Of a stretch of 64,000 nt of DNA, positions 48,467 to 58,104 are shown piece by piece; within the stretch, counting starts at the first letter, position 1, and each line of letters opens with the position of its first letter. A program made the translations under genes and the position numbers. This DNA comes from Geopsychrobacteraceae bacterium. Its GTDB lineage: Bacteria; Desulfobacterota; Desulfuromonadia; Desulfuromonadales; Geopsychrobacteraceae. Location of the stretch: NCBI GenBank assembly GCA_963662315.1, contig OY759353.1:2528001-2592000 (forward strand), written 5' to 3'. A model generated the notes under the pieces. The model was not told the origin of the DNA, ran no database searches, and saw only the letters and a program-made list of their open reading frames with translations.

Positions 48467-49753
48467 TCAGGGTTGGATGTAGCCCAGCATGGTTGGAATC
48501 CATGTGGAGAAAAACGGAATAAAGATAACAAGCAACAGCACGACAACCATGGCTGCCAGATACTTCCAATAGCAGCGCATGACTTGATTGAGGGTGATAC
48601 CGGAGATACCCGAGGCAACAAACAGGGCGATTCCGACTGGCGGGGTACACTGGCCAATCGCCATGTTGACGATCATGGCAACGCCGAAGTGAATCGGCTC
48701 AATACCAATCTTCATAACAATCGGCCAGACAATGGGAACCAGAATGATAATGATTGCCGATGGATCCAGGAAGGTTCCCATCAGCAGGAACACCGCATTG
48801 AGCATCAGCATGATGATCCACTTGGATTCCGACAGACCGACGACAAAGGAGGCGATCTGACCGGGAATATTCTCAGCGGTCAGGATCCAGCCGAAGCCGG
48901 AGGCCGCAGCAACGGTCAGAACAACAACGCCGGTGGTCACCGCCGATTTGACAAAGATGCCGGGCAGATCCTTGAAGCTGAGTTCTTTGTAGATGAAGAA
49001 TCCGACGACGAAGGAGTAGAGCGCGGCCACGACCGAGGCTTCCGTCGCGGTAAACATGCCCCCGACGATGCCGCCGACAATAATCACGACGGTCATGATA
49101 GCGAGAATCGAGTCGGCACAGGACCGGATCAGTTCCTTAAAGGAAACCCGCTGCTCAGGCTCGATCTTGCGCACCTTGCAATAGATATAGTTGACCACCA
49201 TCAGGCAGCCACCCATGAGGATGCCGGGGAGGACCCCGCCCATGAACAGCCCGCCGATGGAGACCCCGGCGGTCACGCCGAGGATAATCATCGGAATCGA
49301 TGGCGGAATAATGATGCCGATGGAACCGGCAGTCGCCATGACCGAGGTCGCCATGTCAGAGCCGTAGCCTTTTTTCTTCATGGCGGGAATCAACAAGCTG
49401 CCAACCGCCGCCGTATCAGCTGCCGCCGCACCGGACAGACCGGCAAAGAACATGGCTGCGGCAACGCTGGTGTTGGCCAGCCCGCCGCGGATGTGGCCGA
49501 CCAGCGCTGTAGAAAAATTGACCAGACGGCGGGAGATCCCGCCCGATTCCATAAACCCGCCGGCCAGGATAAAAAACGGGATGGCGATCAGGTGGTAGTT
49601 GCCACAGGAGCGGAACAGTTTCAGAATAATCGCAATACTATCGATATCGCTGGCTATAAACATGGCCAGCACGGTCGAGATGACCAGGCAGAAGGAGACC
49701 GGCATCTGAACAATCAGAAAGATCACAAAAAACAGGAATAGATATGTTGCCAT
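48467..49753 (-). CDS. TRAP transporter large permease (DctM)
   Basis: AIPFFILAG, SGAAAAD, IIIPPSIP, FTATEA, TPPVG. Confidence 0.93.
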   Translation of the reverse strand: MATYLFLFFVIFLIVQMPVSFCLVISTVLAMFIASDIDSIAIILKLFRSCGNYHLIAIPFFILAGGFMESGGISRRLVNFSTALVGHIRGGLANTSVAAAMFFAGLSGAAAADTAAVGSLLIPAMKKKGYGSDMATSVMATAGSIGIIIPPSIPMIILGVTAGVSIGGLFMGGVLPGILMGGCLMVVNYIYCKVRKIEPEQRVSFKELIRSCADSILAIMTVVIIVGGIVGGMFTATEASVVAALYSFVVGFFIYKELSFKDLPGIFVKSAVTTGVVVLTVAAASGFGWILTAENIPGQIASFVVGLSESKWIIMLMLNAVFLLMGTFLDPSAIIIILVPIVWPIVMKIGIEPIHFGVAMIVNMAIGQCTPPVGIALFVASGISGITLNQVMRCYWKYLAAMVVVLLLVIFIPFFSTWIPTMLGYIQP

Positions 49754-49768
49754 AACTTGGTCCTCCCC

Positions 49769-50266
49769 TTATTCGCTGATAGTCGGCTGAAAATTACCGG
49801 TCAAAACCTTGTCCAGAGTATGAACAAACATGAACGCGGCCGATACCGGAATGGACGCATAAGCCCAGACCATCGAAAAGGGAAGAACATCCATCGTCTG
49901 CACAACATTAAGTTGTGCGAGAATAGTACCTTTGTAGACAAGAAAGGCGGTAAACCAGAGCATCGTCAACCAGACGAGGTAAAGAACAAATTTTGCCAGT
50001 TTTTCAGGGAAATGATGAATAAAGATATCAACATTGAAATGAGCAAGTTGATCAATAGCAAGACTGGCCCCGATAAAACTCGACCAGACAAACGAATAGG
50101 TCAGCAGCTCTTCTGACCAGGCAATCGGTGCATGCAGGATAAAGCGTGAAAAGATCTGCAATCCTCCGCATACCAGCATCCCGACAAACAGAATGATCAG
50201 GGACCATTTTTCGATCCACTTGACCGCACTGTTTAGTTTATCCCACAATACTACAACACTTTGCAT
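49769..50266 (-). CDS. TRAP transporter small permease (DctQ)
   Basis: Four TM helices, W.EEL, H..VD. Confidence 0.88.
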   Translation of the reverse strand: MQSVVVLWDKLNSAVKWIEKWSLIILFVGMLVCGGLQIFSRFILHAPIAWSEELLTYSFVWSSFIGASLAIDQLAHFNVDIFIHHFPEKLAKFVLYLVWLTMLWFTAFLVYKGTILAQLNVVQTMDVLPFSMVWAYASIPVSAAFMFVHTLDKVLTGNFQPTISE

Positions 50267-50359
50267 CCCATACTACTCCTTTATTATGCTCTTTCTTCCT
50301 TGAATTTCATGAGCCTTTATTACGACAATAAAACAATGCAAATCTCTGGTCAGAGATAT

Positions 50360-51412
50360 TTAAATATGCTCTGGAACTGCTGAATCTCCTTTCAAATAAT
50401 TATAAATACTTTCCACCAGCGGAATACCCTCGCGCCGGTATCGAGCCTCAAGCATGAGCTCAATATCTCCTGGAACCAAGACCTTTTCTGTCCCTGGTCC
50501 GGTTGGTTGAGCGTGAATCTGTTCAACCATGGCATCCATCTGGGACATAAAGTGATCAGCCATCACATACGTGGCAGGGTCAATGGCAATCACCGTGCTC
50601 GCTAACTTACGTTTCTGATCGTAGCCGTCGTACATGGCCGCGATCTGCGGACCAAATTGCGCTCCGAGCAGAACCCCGGTCAGAACATCAACAACCATAC
50701 CGATACCAAACCCTTTATACCCCCCAAGAGGAGTCAACCCTTTAACTTTGTAGGGATCGGTGGTTGGCACGCCATGTTCGTCCATTCCCCAGCCTTCCGG
50801 AATCGCACTATGTTTTTCACGGGCATGAAGAATTTTACCATAAGCAACATTACTCGTTGCCATATCGAGAATAACCGGAGGATGATTTTTACAGGGGAAG
50901 GAAAAGGCAATGGGGTTAGTCCCGAAAAAAGGCGTTGTCCCCCCAAAGGGGGTGACACATTTATCGGTCTGAACGATGGCAATGCCGATCATGTCAGCAG
51001 CGACTGCGCGTGAAACAAAATAGGACAGAGCGCCACAGTGACTGCTGTTAACAACACCGACCATAGCAATACCACTCTCTTTGACCAAAGCTACAGCGTG
51101 ATCCATCGCTTCGGCAGTCGCCACGTGCCCCATGCCATCATCAGCATCAAACAGGCCACAACCACTGCGTAATTTTTCAAACCTGAAAACCGGATTCTTA
51201 TTCAGGCTGCCAGCATTTAACCTGCGCACATAATGTTCGGTGCGCATCGCCCCATGAGAATGGACACCACGCAAATCTGCATGCACCAGAACATCAGCCG
51301 TTATTTCGGCATGTTTACTGTTAAGACCAGCCTCGGTCAGGCGGGCACCAACCAGCGACCGCAACTCTTCTGCGGCAACGAACACTTCGGCAGTGGATGC
51401 GTCTTTTTCCAT
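50360..51412 (-). CDS. Ldh_2-family oxidoreductase (AllD/YjmC-like)
   Basis: ADLRGVHSHG, SHCGAL, FGTNPIA, LDMATS, GGYKG, VPGD. Confidence 0.85.
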   Translation of the reverse strand: MEKDASTAEVFVAAEELRSLVGARLTEAGLNSKHAEITADVLVHADLRGVHSHGAMRTEHYVRRLNAGSLNKNPVFRFEKLRSGCGLFDADDGMGHVATAEAMDHAVALVKESGIAMVGVVNSSHCGALSYFVSRAVAADMIGIAIVQTDKCVTPFGGTTPFFGTNPIAFSFPCKNHPPVILDMATSNVAYGKILHAREKHSAIPEGWGMDEHGVPTTDPYKVKGLTPLGGYKGFGIGMVVDVLTGVLLGAQFGPQIAAMYDGYDQKRKLASTVIAIDPATYVMADHFMSQMDAMVEQIHAQPTGPGTEKVLVPGDIELMLEARYRREGIPLVESIYNYLKGDSAVPEHI

Positions 51413-51480
51413 CGGTTTTGGACCTCATTATATTTAATGTTGTACATAGCCGTGAAAAACGGCACCAGAGAAGTTTATTC

Positions 51481-51677
51481 GTTTCACAATATAAAACTAT
51501 GGTATCAGTTTTTGTCAAGTCAATTTTGCCTAAGCAACGCAAGAATACCACTGTAAAAACCCTTAAACTTGCTGACATATAGCCTATTATTAGTATGTTT
51601 TTCGTTTCTTTCCTGCATTTATTCTTTTTATTATTGACTCATCAAATAGACATTTAATCTGTTCCGCATTACAAAAC
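51481..51677. promoter_or_regulatory. Two related imperfect palindromes in the divergent promoter region; IclR-type operator candidates
   Basis: GTTTCACAATATAAAAC (51481-51497) and GTTCCGCATTACAAAAC (51661-51677). Confidence 0.45.
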
Positions 51678-51766
51678 TATTTGCCAAAAAAACGAAACGC
51701 CTATATTATCTATCAGCTTAAACTATTTATCGTTCACATACCTATCAGCCCAGGAGGAGGTTTGAC

Positions 51767-52597
51767 ATGGACATCAGATACGCGGTACACCCGGACCACG
51801 CAGAAGCAATGAATACCTTTGAACTACGTCAGAACTTTCTTATTGAAAAACTTTTCCAGCCGAGACAGTTGCAGCTCACCTACAGTTATAACGACCGCCT
51901 GATTGTTGGTGGGGCCTGTCCAGTCGACTCTTTGCCGCTTGAAATTGACCGGAAAATTATTGGTAGTGATTTTTTTCTGCAACGCCGAGAAATGGGTCTT
52001 ATCAATGTTGGCGGCCCAGGATCCATTACTGTCGATGGCACCACCTACCCGATTGCCTACAAAGACGGTATCTACATTGGCATGGGGGCCAAGGAAATCA
52101 TTCTGCAAAGCGACTCGGCAGCAGAGCCCGCAAAGTTTTACTTCAACAGCTCGCCTGCCCATGCCCACTACCCGACAACGCCGGCTCCCTTTAAGGACGC
52201 GACTCCAGTCGAACTTGGCGACCCGGCGACCAGTAATCGCAGGACCATTCGCAAATACATTCATCCCGAGGGTATCAAAAGTTGCCAGTTGGTCATGGGC
52301 ATGACCTCCCTGGAATCCGGCAGCGTCTGGAACACCATGCCGACCCACACTCACGAACGCCGCATGGAAGCTTATTTCTATTTTGAGATGAGCGAAGACC
52401 AGATCGTTTTTCATCTGATGGGAGCCCCAACGGAAACCCGGCATATCGTCATGCAGAATGAACAGGCGGTTATCTCACCCTCATGGTCAATTCATTCCGG
52501 TGTTGGCACGACCAACTATACCTTTATTTGGGGCATGTGCGGTGAAAATCAGCTCTTTGATGATATGGATCATGTGGCGATGCAGGACCTCAAGTAG
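51767..52597 (+). CDS. kduI: 5-dehydro-4-deoxy-D-glucuronate isomerase
   Basis: RREMG.INVGG, CQLVMG.T.L..GSVWNTMP.HTHERRME.YFYF, SP.WSIHSG. Confidence 0.95.
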   Translation: MDIRYAVHPDHAEAMNTFELRQNFLIEKLFQPRQLQLTYSYNDRLIVGGACPVDSLPLEIDRKIIGSDFFLQRREMGLINVGGPGSITVDGTTYPIAYKDGIYIGMGAKEIILQSDSAAEPAKFYFNSSPAHAHYPTTPAPFKDATPVELGDPATSNRRTIRKYIHPEGIKSCQLVMGMTSLESGSVWNTMPTHTHERRMEAYFYFEMSEDQIVFHLMGAPTETRHIVMQNEQAVISPSWSIHSGVGTTNYTFIWGMCGENQLFDDMDHVAMQDLK

Positions 52598-52737
52598 TTT
52601 TCAGCCGGGAACGGCCCTTTTTGGCAATTTCTGCGTCAGTCTTCACATTAGCTTGTGCGGCGTAAAGCACTACGCCTCCGCGCCAATGTCTGACTTTTTT
52701 GACCTTGCCAAAAATTCCTCGTTCCCAATCTGAAAAC
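52597..52737. repeat. MITE-like element of about 140 bp with terminal inverted repeats
   Basis: gttttcag..gggaacg..ttttggcaa at the left end pairs with ttgccaaaa..cgttccc..ctgaaaac at the right; central ggcgta-aagcac-tacgcc hairpin. Confidence 0.6.
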
Positions 52738-52937
52738 ATAGTTTCATCTTCTGCAATTTTTGAATCAGAAACATTATGCAATTAATTCACCCCCCTCTCC
52801 CGCCACAGGGGAGGGGTAATGTGAGGGGAAAACCATGGATAATCGACATAATCGGCATGGCAAACGGTTGACAGAATTAAAGACAGGTGCGATTTTAACA
52901 GGTTGTGAAAACTTACAAAAATCCCGAAGGAAATAAC

Positions 52938-53729
52938 ATGAGTGTTCAATCTCTTGATCGCGCATTTGATATTATTGAGCTCCTGTCACAGGAGTCACGC
53001 AGCATTCCCATGACTGAAATCGGCCGGCGGCTCGATTTACATAAAAGCACTGTTCATAGACTGCTGACATCCTTGCGCAAGCGTGGCTACGTCGAACAGG
53101 AAGCGGAAAGTGGCAATTACAAATTAGGCCTCGGCTTTGTCGAGCTGGCCAGTCTCTATCTAAACAGCCTTGAACTGAAAACCGAAGCCAGCCCTTTCAT
53201 CAACGAACTGGCCAAGACCACTGGACAGACGGTGTTTCTCGCCATTATGGACAATACCGATGTTGTCTATATTGACAAAGCAGAAGCCTATAACAGCATG
53301 CGACGCTACACAATCATCGGTAAACGCCTACCGATGTATGTGACCTCTCTCGGCAAAGCGATGCTGTCCGGTTACACCGACCGTGAAATCGAGGAACTCT
53401 ACCCGGAGCGCACCTTGCCAAAGTTTACGGCGAAAACCCTGACGACATTCGACTCCCTTATGACTGAAATTCGCCAAGCCAGAGAGCGTGGCTGGTCGAT
53501 TGATGATGAAGAACGCGAACTGGGAACCCGCTGCATTGGTGCCCCGATCTTTGATTATCGCGATCGTGTTATTGCTGCTGTCAGCGTGGCTTGGGAAATC
53601 AAGGTCAACCCGGAACTGGCCTGGAAGGACTATGCTCCTTATGTCGTCCGTACAGCGGCACAAATATCTGTTAAAATGGGATGCACCAGAAACAAAATCC
53701 GGCAACTGGCGAACCCCGCTGTTTTTTAG
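52938..53729 (+). CDS. IclR/KdgR-family transcriptional regulator
   Basis: VQSLDRA, KSTVHRLL, TSLGKA, G..IDDEE...G..CIGAPI. Confidence 0.92.
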   Translation: MSVQSLDRAFDIIELLSQESRSIPMTEIGRRLDLHKSTVHRLLTSLRKRGYVEQEAESGNYKLGLGFVELASLYLNSLELKTEASPFINELAKTTGQTVFLAIMDNTDVVYIDKAEAYNSMRRYTIIGKRLPMYVTSLGKAMLSGYTDREIEELYPERTLPKFTAKTLTTFDSLMTEIRQARERGWSIDDEERELGTRCIGAPIFDYRDRVIAAVSVAWEIKVNPELAWKDYAPYVVRTAAQISVKMGCTRNKIRQLANPAVF

Positions 53730-53907
53730 CCAAGTGCCCTGTTACACCTTGTAAAGAAGTCCCTGGTTTCCGCTTTTGAAACGCATATCTATTGCAAATG
53801 ACAAGCTCTGTGCTTAACATCGCCACAGCGAATAAGAGCGTTTCTAGGCAGAAACTTCCATTCAACCGGATCAACCCTCGGCTGATCCGCACGACCGGAG
53901 GAGATTC

Positions 53908-54861
53908 ATGCAGACGATCGAATTCAACAATGGTGACAAAATGCCCGTTCTGGGCCTTGGCACCTGGAAATCCGCTCCCAATGAAGTCTATACGGCAGTT
54001 AAAGAAGCTCTTAAAATCGGCTATCGCTATGTCGATTGCGCCCACATCTACGGCAATGAAGCTGAAGTTGGCAAGGCATTAAGCGAAGCCTTCGCCGAAG
54101 GGATCGTGACCCGTGACGAAATGTGGATCACGTCGAAACTCTGGAACGATTCCCACTTTCCTGAAGATGTACGCCCGGCGATTGAAACAACCCTGAAAAA
54201 CCTGCAACTGGATTACCTTGACCTCTATCTGATGCACTGGCCGGTTGCATTGAAACGGGGTAAATTCATCCCGGAGTCCGCCGAAGACATTCTGCCATTA
54301 AGCGAAATTCCTCTTGCGCTGACCTGGAAAGCGATGGAAGACGTTTATAACGCCGGATTGTGTCGCCATCTTGGCGTTTCTAACTTCAACGTCCCAAAAT
54401 TGCAGGGCCTGCTCGGCAAAGCCAGCATCCGACCGGAAGTCAATCAGGTTGAAATACATCCGTACCTGCAACAGCCCGAGCTGTTCAAATTCTGCGCCGA
54501 ACACGGGATTTTCCTCACGGCCTACTCCCCTCTAGGATCTCCCGACCGTCCGGCGCGGATTAAAGAAGCAGGCGAACCGGTCCTGATGGAGGAACCAACC
54601 ATCGTCGAGATCGCCAAGCGTCTGAATGCCTCCCCAGCTCAGGTTCTTATCCGTTGGGCCATCAACATTGGTACCAATGTCATTCCGAAGTCAGTCAATC
54701 CTGAGCGCTTGAAACAAAACCTTGCCGCAATTGAGGTCGAACTGAGTGACGCCGATATGGCCGCCATCGCCAAACTCGACCGCAACAGACGTTACTACAC
54801 CGGCAACGCCTGGACGATTCCCGGCAGTCCACATACCTGGAAATCACTCTGGGAGCAATAA
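53908..54861 (+). CDS. Aldo/keto reductase
   Basis: LGLGTW, D.A..YGNE, SKLWN, DLYLMHWP, GVSNF, IPKS. Confidence 0.93.
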   Translation: MQTIEFNNGDKMPVLGLGTWKSAPNEVYTAVKEALKIGYRYVDCAHIYGNEAEVGKALSEAFAEGIVTRDEMWITSKLWNDSHFPEDVRPAIETTLKNLQLDYLDLYLMHWPVALKRGKFIPESAEDILPLSEIPLALTWKAMEDVYNAGLCRHLGVSNFNVPKLQGLLGKASIRPEVNQVEIHPYLQQPELFKFCAEHGIFLTAYSPLGSPDRPARIKEAGEPVLMEEPTIVEIAKRLNASPAQVLIRWAINIGTNVIPKSVNPERLKQNLAAIEVELSDADMAAIAKLDRNRRYYTGNAWTIPGSPHTWKSLWEQ

Positions 54862-55069
54862 ACAAACCTAGACGGACACTGCGCAATGCAGTGTCCGTTT
54901 GTATTGCAATATGCTATCCCTCATAGCGCCATTCTTACCTTTTCTTGCATTTATTATCAATTTATTGATATATATAGACAAACATTCATCAGCAACTTCG
55001 TACGCCAGCTTCACACGCTCCAATCTACCCAATTCACCCATAACGCAACAATCATTAACAGGAGAGCCT

Positions 55070-55528
55070 ATGCCCTCACAAGCGTTTCGCCCAGTAGAGT
55101 TTATCGAGTTACATGATGCCGGCGTATGTCTTATTACTTACGACAGCAGTGAAGATTATGGCTGGCGCGAATTTCGCGAATACGAAGGGGGCGGATTCTC
55201 TATTCTTGGTGAAGACCTGTGCCGCCTGGCCCAAATCTTCGGCCTGGAGCCACAACCCATTCTCGCCCATTCAAACCAAGGGGAGGTGCAGCGCATTGAT
55301 CCCGAATGCCTTGAGTTCCGCATTGTCAAAAACCGTCAGGACATCGGCAAAAAAACTGATTCCCGGCACTATGGCGGCATGGAACGGGTAAAAAGCATCT
55401 GGGCAAAGATTGACGCTCCTCAGTTGTTACAGCTGAAAGTCGAGTTTTTGACTGTCCCAAACCAGGAAGTGGAATCCACCATTAAACGAATCAGCTACTC
55501 GGGTAATTTTTCCGTTTGGTGGAAATAA
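55070..55528 (+). CDS. Hypothetical protein
   Basis: aggag RBS before MPSQAF; 152-aa ORF with no recognised motif. Confidence 0.55.
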   Translation: MPSQAFRPVEFIELHDAGVCLITYDSSEDYGWREFREYEGGGFSILGEDLCRLAQIFGLEPQPILAHSNQGEVQRIDPECLEFRIVKNRQDIGKKTDSRHYGGMERVKSIWAKIDAPQLLQLKVEFLTVPNQEVESTIKRISYSGNFSVWWK

Positions 55529-55563
55529 TCCAAAAACATCTAACGCTTACAAGGAATGAATAA

Positions 55564-56085
55564 ATGATCGACTTATTACGGCAACGCAGAAGCATCCGTA
55601 AATTCAAATCCCTGCCCGTTGAAAATGACAAGGTCCAAACGCTGGCTGAAGCTCTGTTGCGCGCGCCAACCTCACGCAATCAGCAACCCTGTCAGTTCAT
55701 CATGGTCAATCAGCACGACCTGCTGCAGCAGTTAAGCACAGCAAAACCACACGGCGCAGCACTGATAAAGGGTGCGCCCCTGGCCGTCGTCATTGCCGCG
55801 GACCCGAGCATATCGGATGTCTGGATTGAAGACGCGTCAATTGCCGCCATAACCGTCCAATATGCGGCGGAAGCACTGGGACTGAAAAGCTGCTGGGTCC
55901 AATTGCGCCAAAGACCCCATGATGAAAAGACCGGTGCTTCCGATTTTGCACGCAGCCTGGTTGGCCTTCCAGAGCAGTTTGAGGTTCCCATAATAATCGC
56001 TATCGGCTACCCGGACGAGGACAAACCGGGACATTCTACAGCGGCACTGAAGTCTGAAAAAATCCACTCAAACAAATTTCAGTGA
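55564..56085 (+). CDS. Nitroreductase family protein
   Basis: RRSIRKF, APTSRN.QP, GLKSCW, IAIGYP. Confidence 0.9.
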   Translation: MIDLLRQRRSIRKFKSLPVENDKVQTLAEALLRAPTSRNQQPCQFIMVNQHDLLQQLSTAKPHGAALIKGAPLAVVIAADPSISDVWIEDASIAAITVQYAAEALGLKSCWVQLRQRPHDEKTGASDFARSLVGLPEQFEVPIIIAIGYPDEDKPGHSTAALKSEKIHSNKFQ

Positions 56086-56178
56086 GCAGTTGCCACACGG
56101 CTCAATCCCCTCCCCTGCATAACCCTCAGGGGAGGAATCGTTTGCGGCCCGGCACGCATCCGTTTTATTCGAATGCCT

Positions 56179-57057
56179 CTACCGCACCTTGTAATTTTTG
56201 CGTACAGCATCAAGACAATAGACAGCCACACCGGTCCAGATCAGAGCAAAGGTAACAAAACTGTGCAGATCAAACGGTTCCAGGTAAAGAAAAACTCCCA
56301 GCAAAAAAGCGATACTGGGTGCCAGGTACTGAAAAATACCAATGGTCGATAATTGCAGCTTTGCTGCGGCTGCAGCAAACCAGAGCAGTGGCAAACTGGT
56401 TACTATCCCCGCACCAACCAACCAGAAAGAAACGGCGGCAGAAGGCAGAAACGGTCGCGCCCCATAAAACTGAAGAAAAACGAGGTAGGCAAAAGCCGGA
56501 ATCAGAAGAATCAATGTTTCAACAAGCAAACCAGGAATCGGAGCGACAATGGTCTTTTTTCTGACATATCCATAAAATGCAAACAGAAGAGCCAGGGACA
56601 AAGCGTATTTCGGCACATCTCCATAACCAATCAGTGAATAAACCACACCGATCAGGGCAAACAATACTGCCAACGTCTGCAAGCGACTGAAACGCTCTTT
56701 TAACAGTAGCACCCCAAGAGCGATATTCAGCATCGGAGTCATATAATAGCCAAGGCTGGTTTCGACAACATGCCCACTATTGACAGCAATGATATAAATC
56801 AGCCAGTTTCCACCAATCAACAGACTGCTCGCAGTGAGACGTGCCATATCCAGGGGAGATCGGACAATCTTTGCCACCTCCTGCCAGCGCCGTTGCCAAC
56901 TTATTATCAGACACAAAAAAACACACGACCAGACTACGCGATGACAGAGTATTTCAAATGGCGGATACGATGCCATCTGTTTCCAGTAAGCAGGCAGAAA
57001 ACCCCAGGCAACAAAAGCAGCCAATGCGAAAAGAGTTCCGGATACACGCGATGTCAT
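56179..57057 (-). CDS. rarD: RarD/EamA-family transporter
   Basis: WG..P.YWK, HRVVWS, NWLIY, SLGYY, E.FS, QYLAP. Confidence 0.9.
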   Translation of the reverse strand: MTSRVSGTLFALAAFVAWGFLPAYWKQMASYPPFEILCHRVVWSCVFLCLIISWQRRWQEVAKIVRSPLDMARLTASSLLIGGNWLIYIIAVNSGHVVETSLGYYMTPMLNIALGVLLLKERFSRLQTLAVLFALIGVVYSLIGYGDVPKYALSLALLFAFYGYVRKKTIVAPIPGLLVETLILLIPAFAYLVFLQFYGARPFLPSAAVSFWLVGAGIVTSLPLLWFAAAAAKLQLSTIGIFQYLAPSIAFLLGVFLYLEPFDLHSFVTFALIWTGVAVYCLDAVRKNYKVR

Positions 57058-57263
57058 AGCAATCCCTGCAGTTTACATTATAAAAAATCTCGCCTAGAGC
57101 CGTTTCAGTGTCATGCTAACCCGATAAAGGATAGCAGTAAAAACGCTTTCAGCTCATCACACAAAATTATTTATGGATAAGAAAATTTCGCTCCACATAT
57201 AATAGGCTTTTTCAGGTATTTCGAACCTCCGTCAAGTACCACAGGTAAAGTGAGGAATAATTT

Positions 57264-57926
57264 ATGAATAATATAGAGCAAGAACTTCGTTCCCAGATAA
57301 TCAGCAGTGCACTCTGGATGAACGCATCCGGCCTGAATCAGGGGACGTCGGGCAACATCTCCGCGCGTTACGAAGACCGGATGATCATCACCCCCAGCAG
57401 CATCCCTTACGAAAATCTCAAACCGGAATCCCTGGCCTCAATGCATATCGATGGCCAGTATGGATCTTGGGAAGGCCCCTTTAAACCATCCAGCGAATGG
57501 CGCTTCCATCTCGACATCATGAAAGCCCGCCCCGAGGTCAACGCCGTCGTTCACACCCATTCCATCTACGCGACAACCCTGGCCATGGCCCGTCGTGATA
57601 TCCCAGCTGCCCATTACATGGTCGCTATTTTCGGTGGCGACAGTGTGCGCTGTTCCGACTATGCGACCTACGGCACCAAGGAACTGTCCGCTTATGCCCT
57701 GCAGGCGCTGGAAGGGCGCAATGCGTGCCTGCTTGCCAACCATGGCATGCTGGTCACGGCCCCCAGCCTGGAAAAAGCCATGTGGCTGGCTCAGGAGCTG
57801 GAGACCTTATGCCGTCAGTATTACCAGGCCCTCCTTATCGGCGGTCCTGTCATCCTTTCGGATCAAAACATTGCTGACACCATGAAGTCTATTGCGTCTT
57901 ACGGGTTACAGGACACCAAGCAATGA
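57264..57926 (+). CDS. Class II aldolase (FucA/Ald2-like)
   Basis: GTSGNIS, PSSEWRFH, HTH, LANHG. Confidence 0.88.
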   Translation: MNNIEQELRSQIISSALWMNASGLNQGTSGNISARYEDRMIITPSSIPYENLKPESLASMHIDGQYGSWEGPFKPSSEWRFHLDIMKARPEVNAVVHTHSIYATTLAMARRDIPAAHYMVAIFGGDSVRCSDYATYGTKELSAYALQALEGRNACLLANHGMLVTAPSLEKAMWLAQELETLCRQYYQALLIGGPVILSDQNIADTMKSIASYGLQDTKQ

Positions 57927-57966
57927 TGGTGAATTGGGATAAGCCGACTGAGGCCAAATAAAACAA

Positions 57967-58005
57967 AAGCCCCACGGAGCAAGTACCGTAGGGCTTAGTT
58001 TTTTT
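57967..58005. terminator. Bidirectional terminator hairpin
   Basis: aagccccacgg/ccgtagggctt stem with T-tracts on both strands. Confidence 0.75.
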
Positions 58006-58008
58006 AGA

Positions 58009-58032
58009 TGGCACGCCGCGAAAGGTTCGAAC
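58009..58032 (-). other. Degenerate tRNA 3'-end fragment, putative att site
   Basis: Minus strand GTTCGAAC-CTTTC-GCGGCGT-G-CCA has exact T-loop/T-stem/acceptor/discriminator/CCA spacing but no 5' half. Confidence 0.55.
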
Positions 58033-58104
58033 GGGTTGCTTAATAACGCCTGAAACTCCATATCGCGCCTGACAATCCTGTTCCTCGCGGATCGTTGAAA
58101 ATCT

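Noticed and set aside
48473..49741. 422-aa plus-strand ORF
   Set aside because: Antisense shadow of the GC-rich dctM gene; no motifs.
52731..52746. KdgR-like box tgaaaacatagtttca
   Set aside because: Half of it is the terminal repeat of the MITE-like element, so the palindrome may be incidental.
52786..56136. CCCCTC(T)CC...GGGGAGG hairpins near 52790 and 56107 (also near 303) as a repeat family
   Set aside because: Short, low-complexity and divergent; cannot be separated from ordinary terminator-like hairpins by eye.
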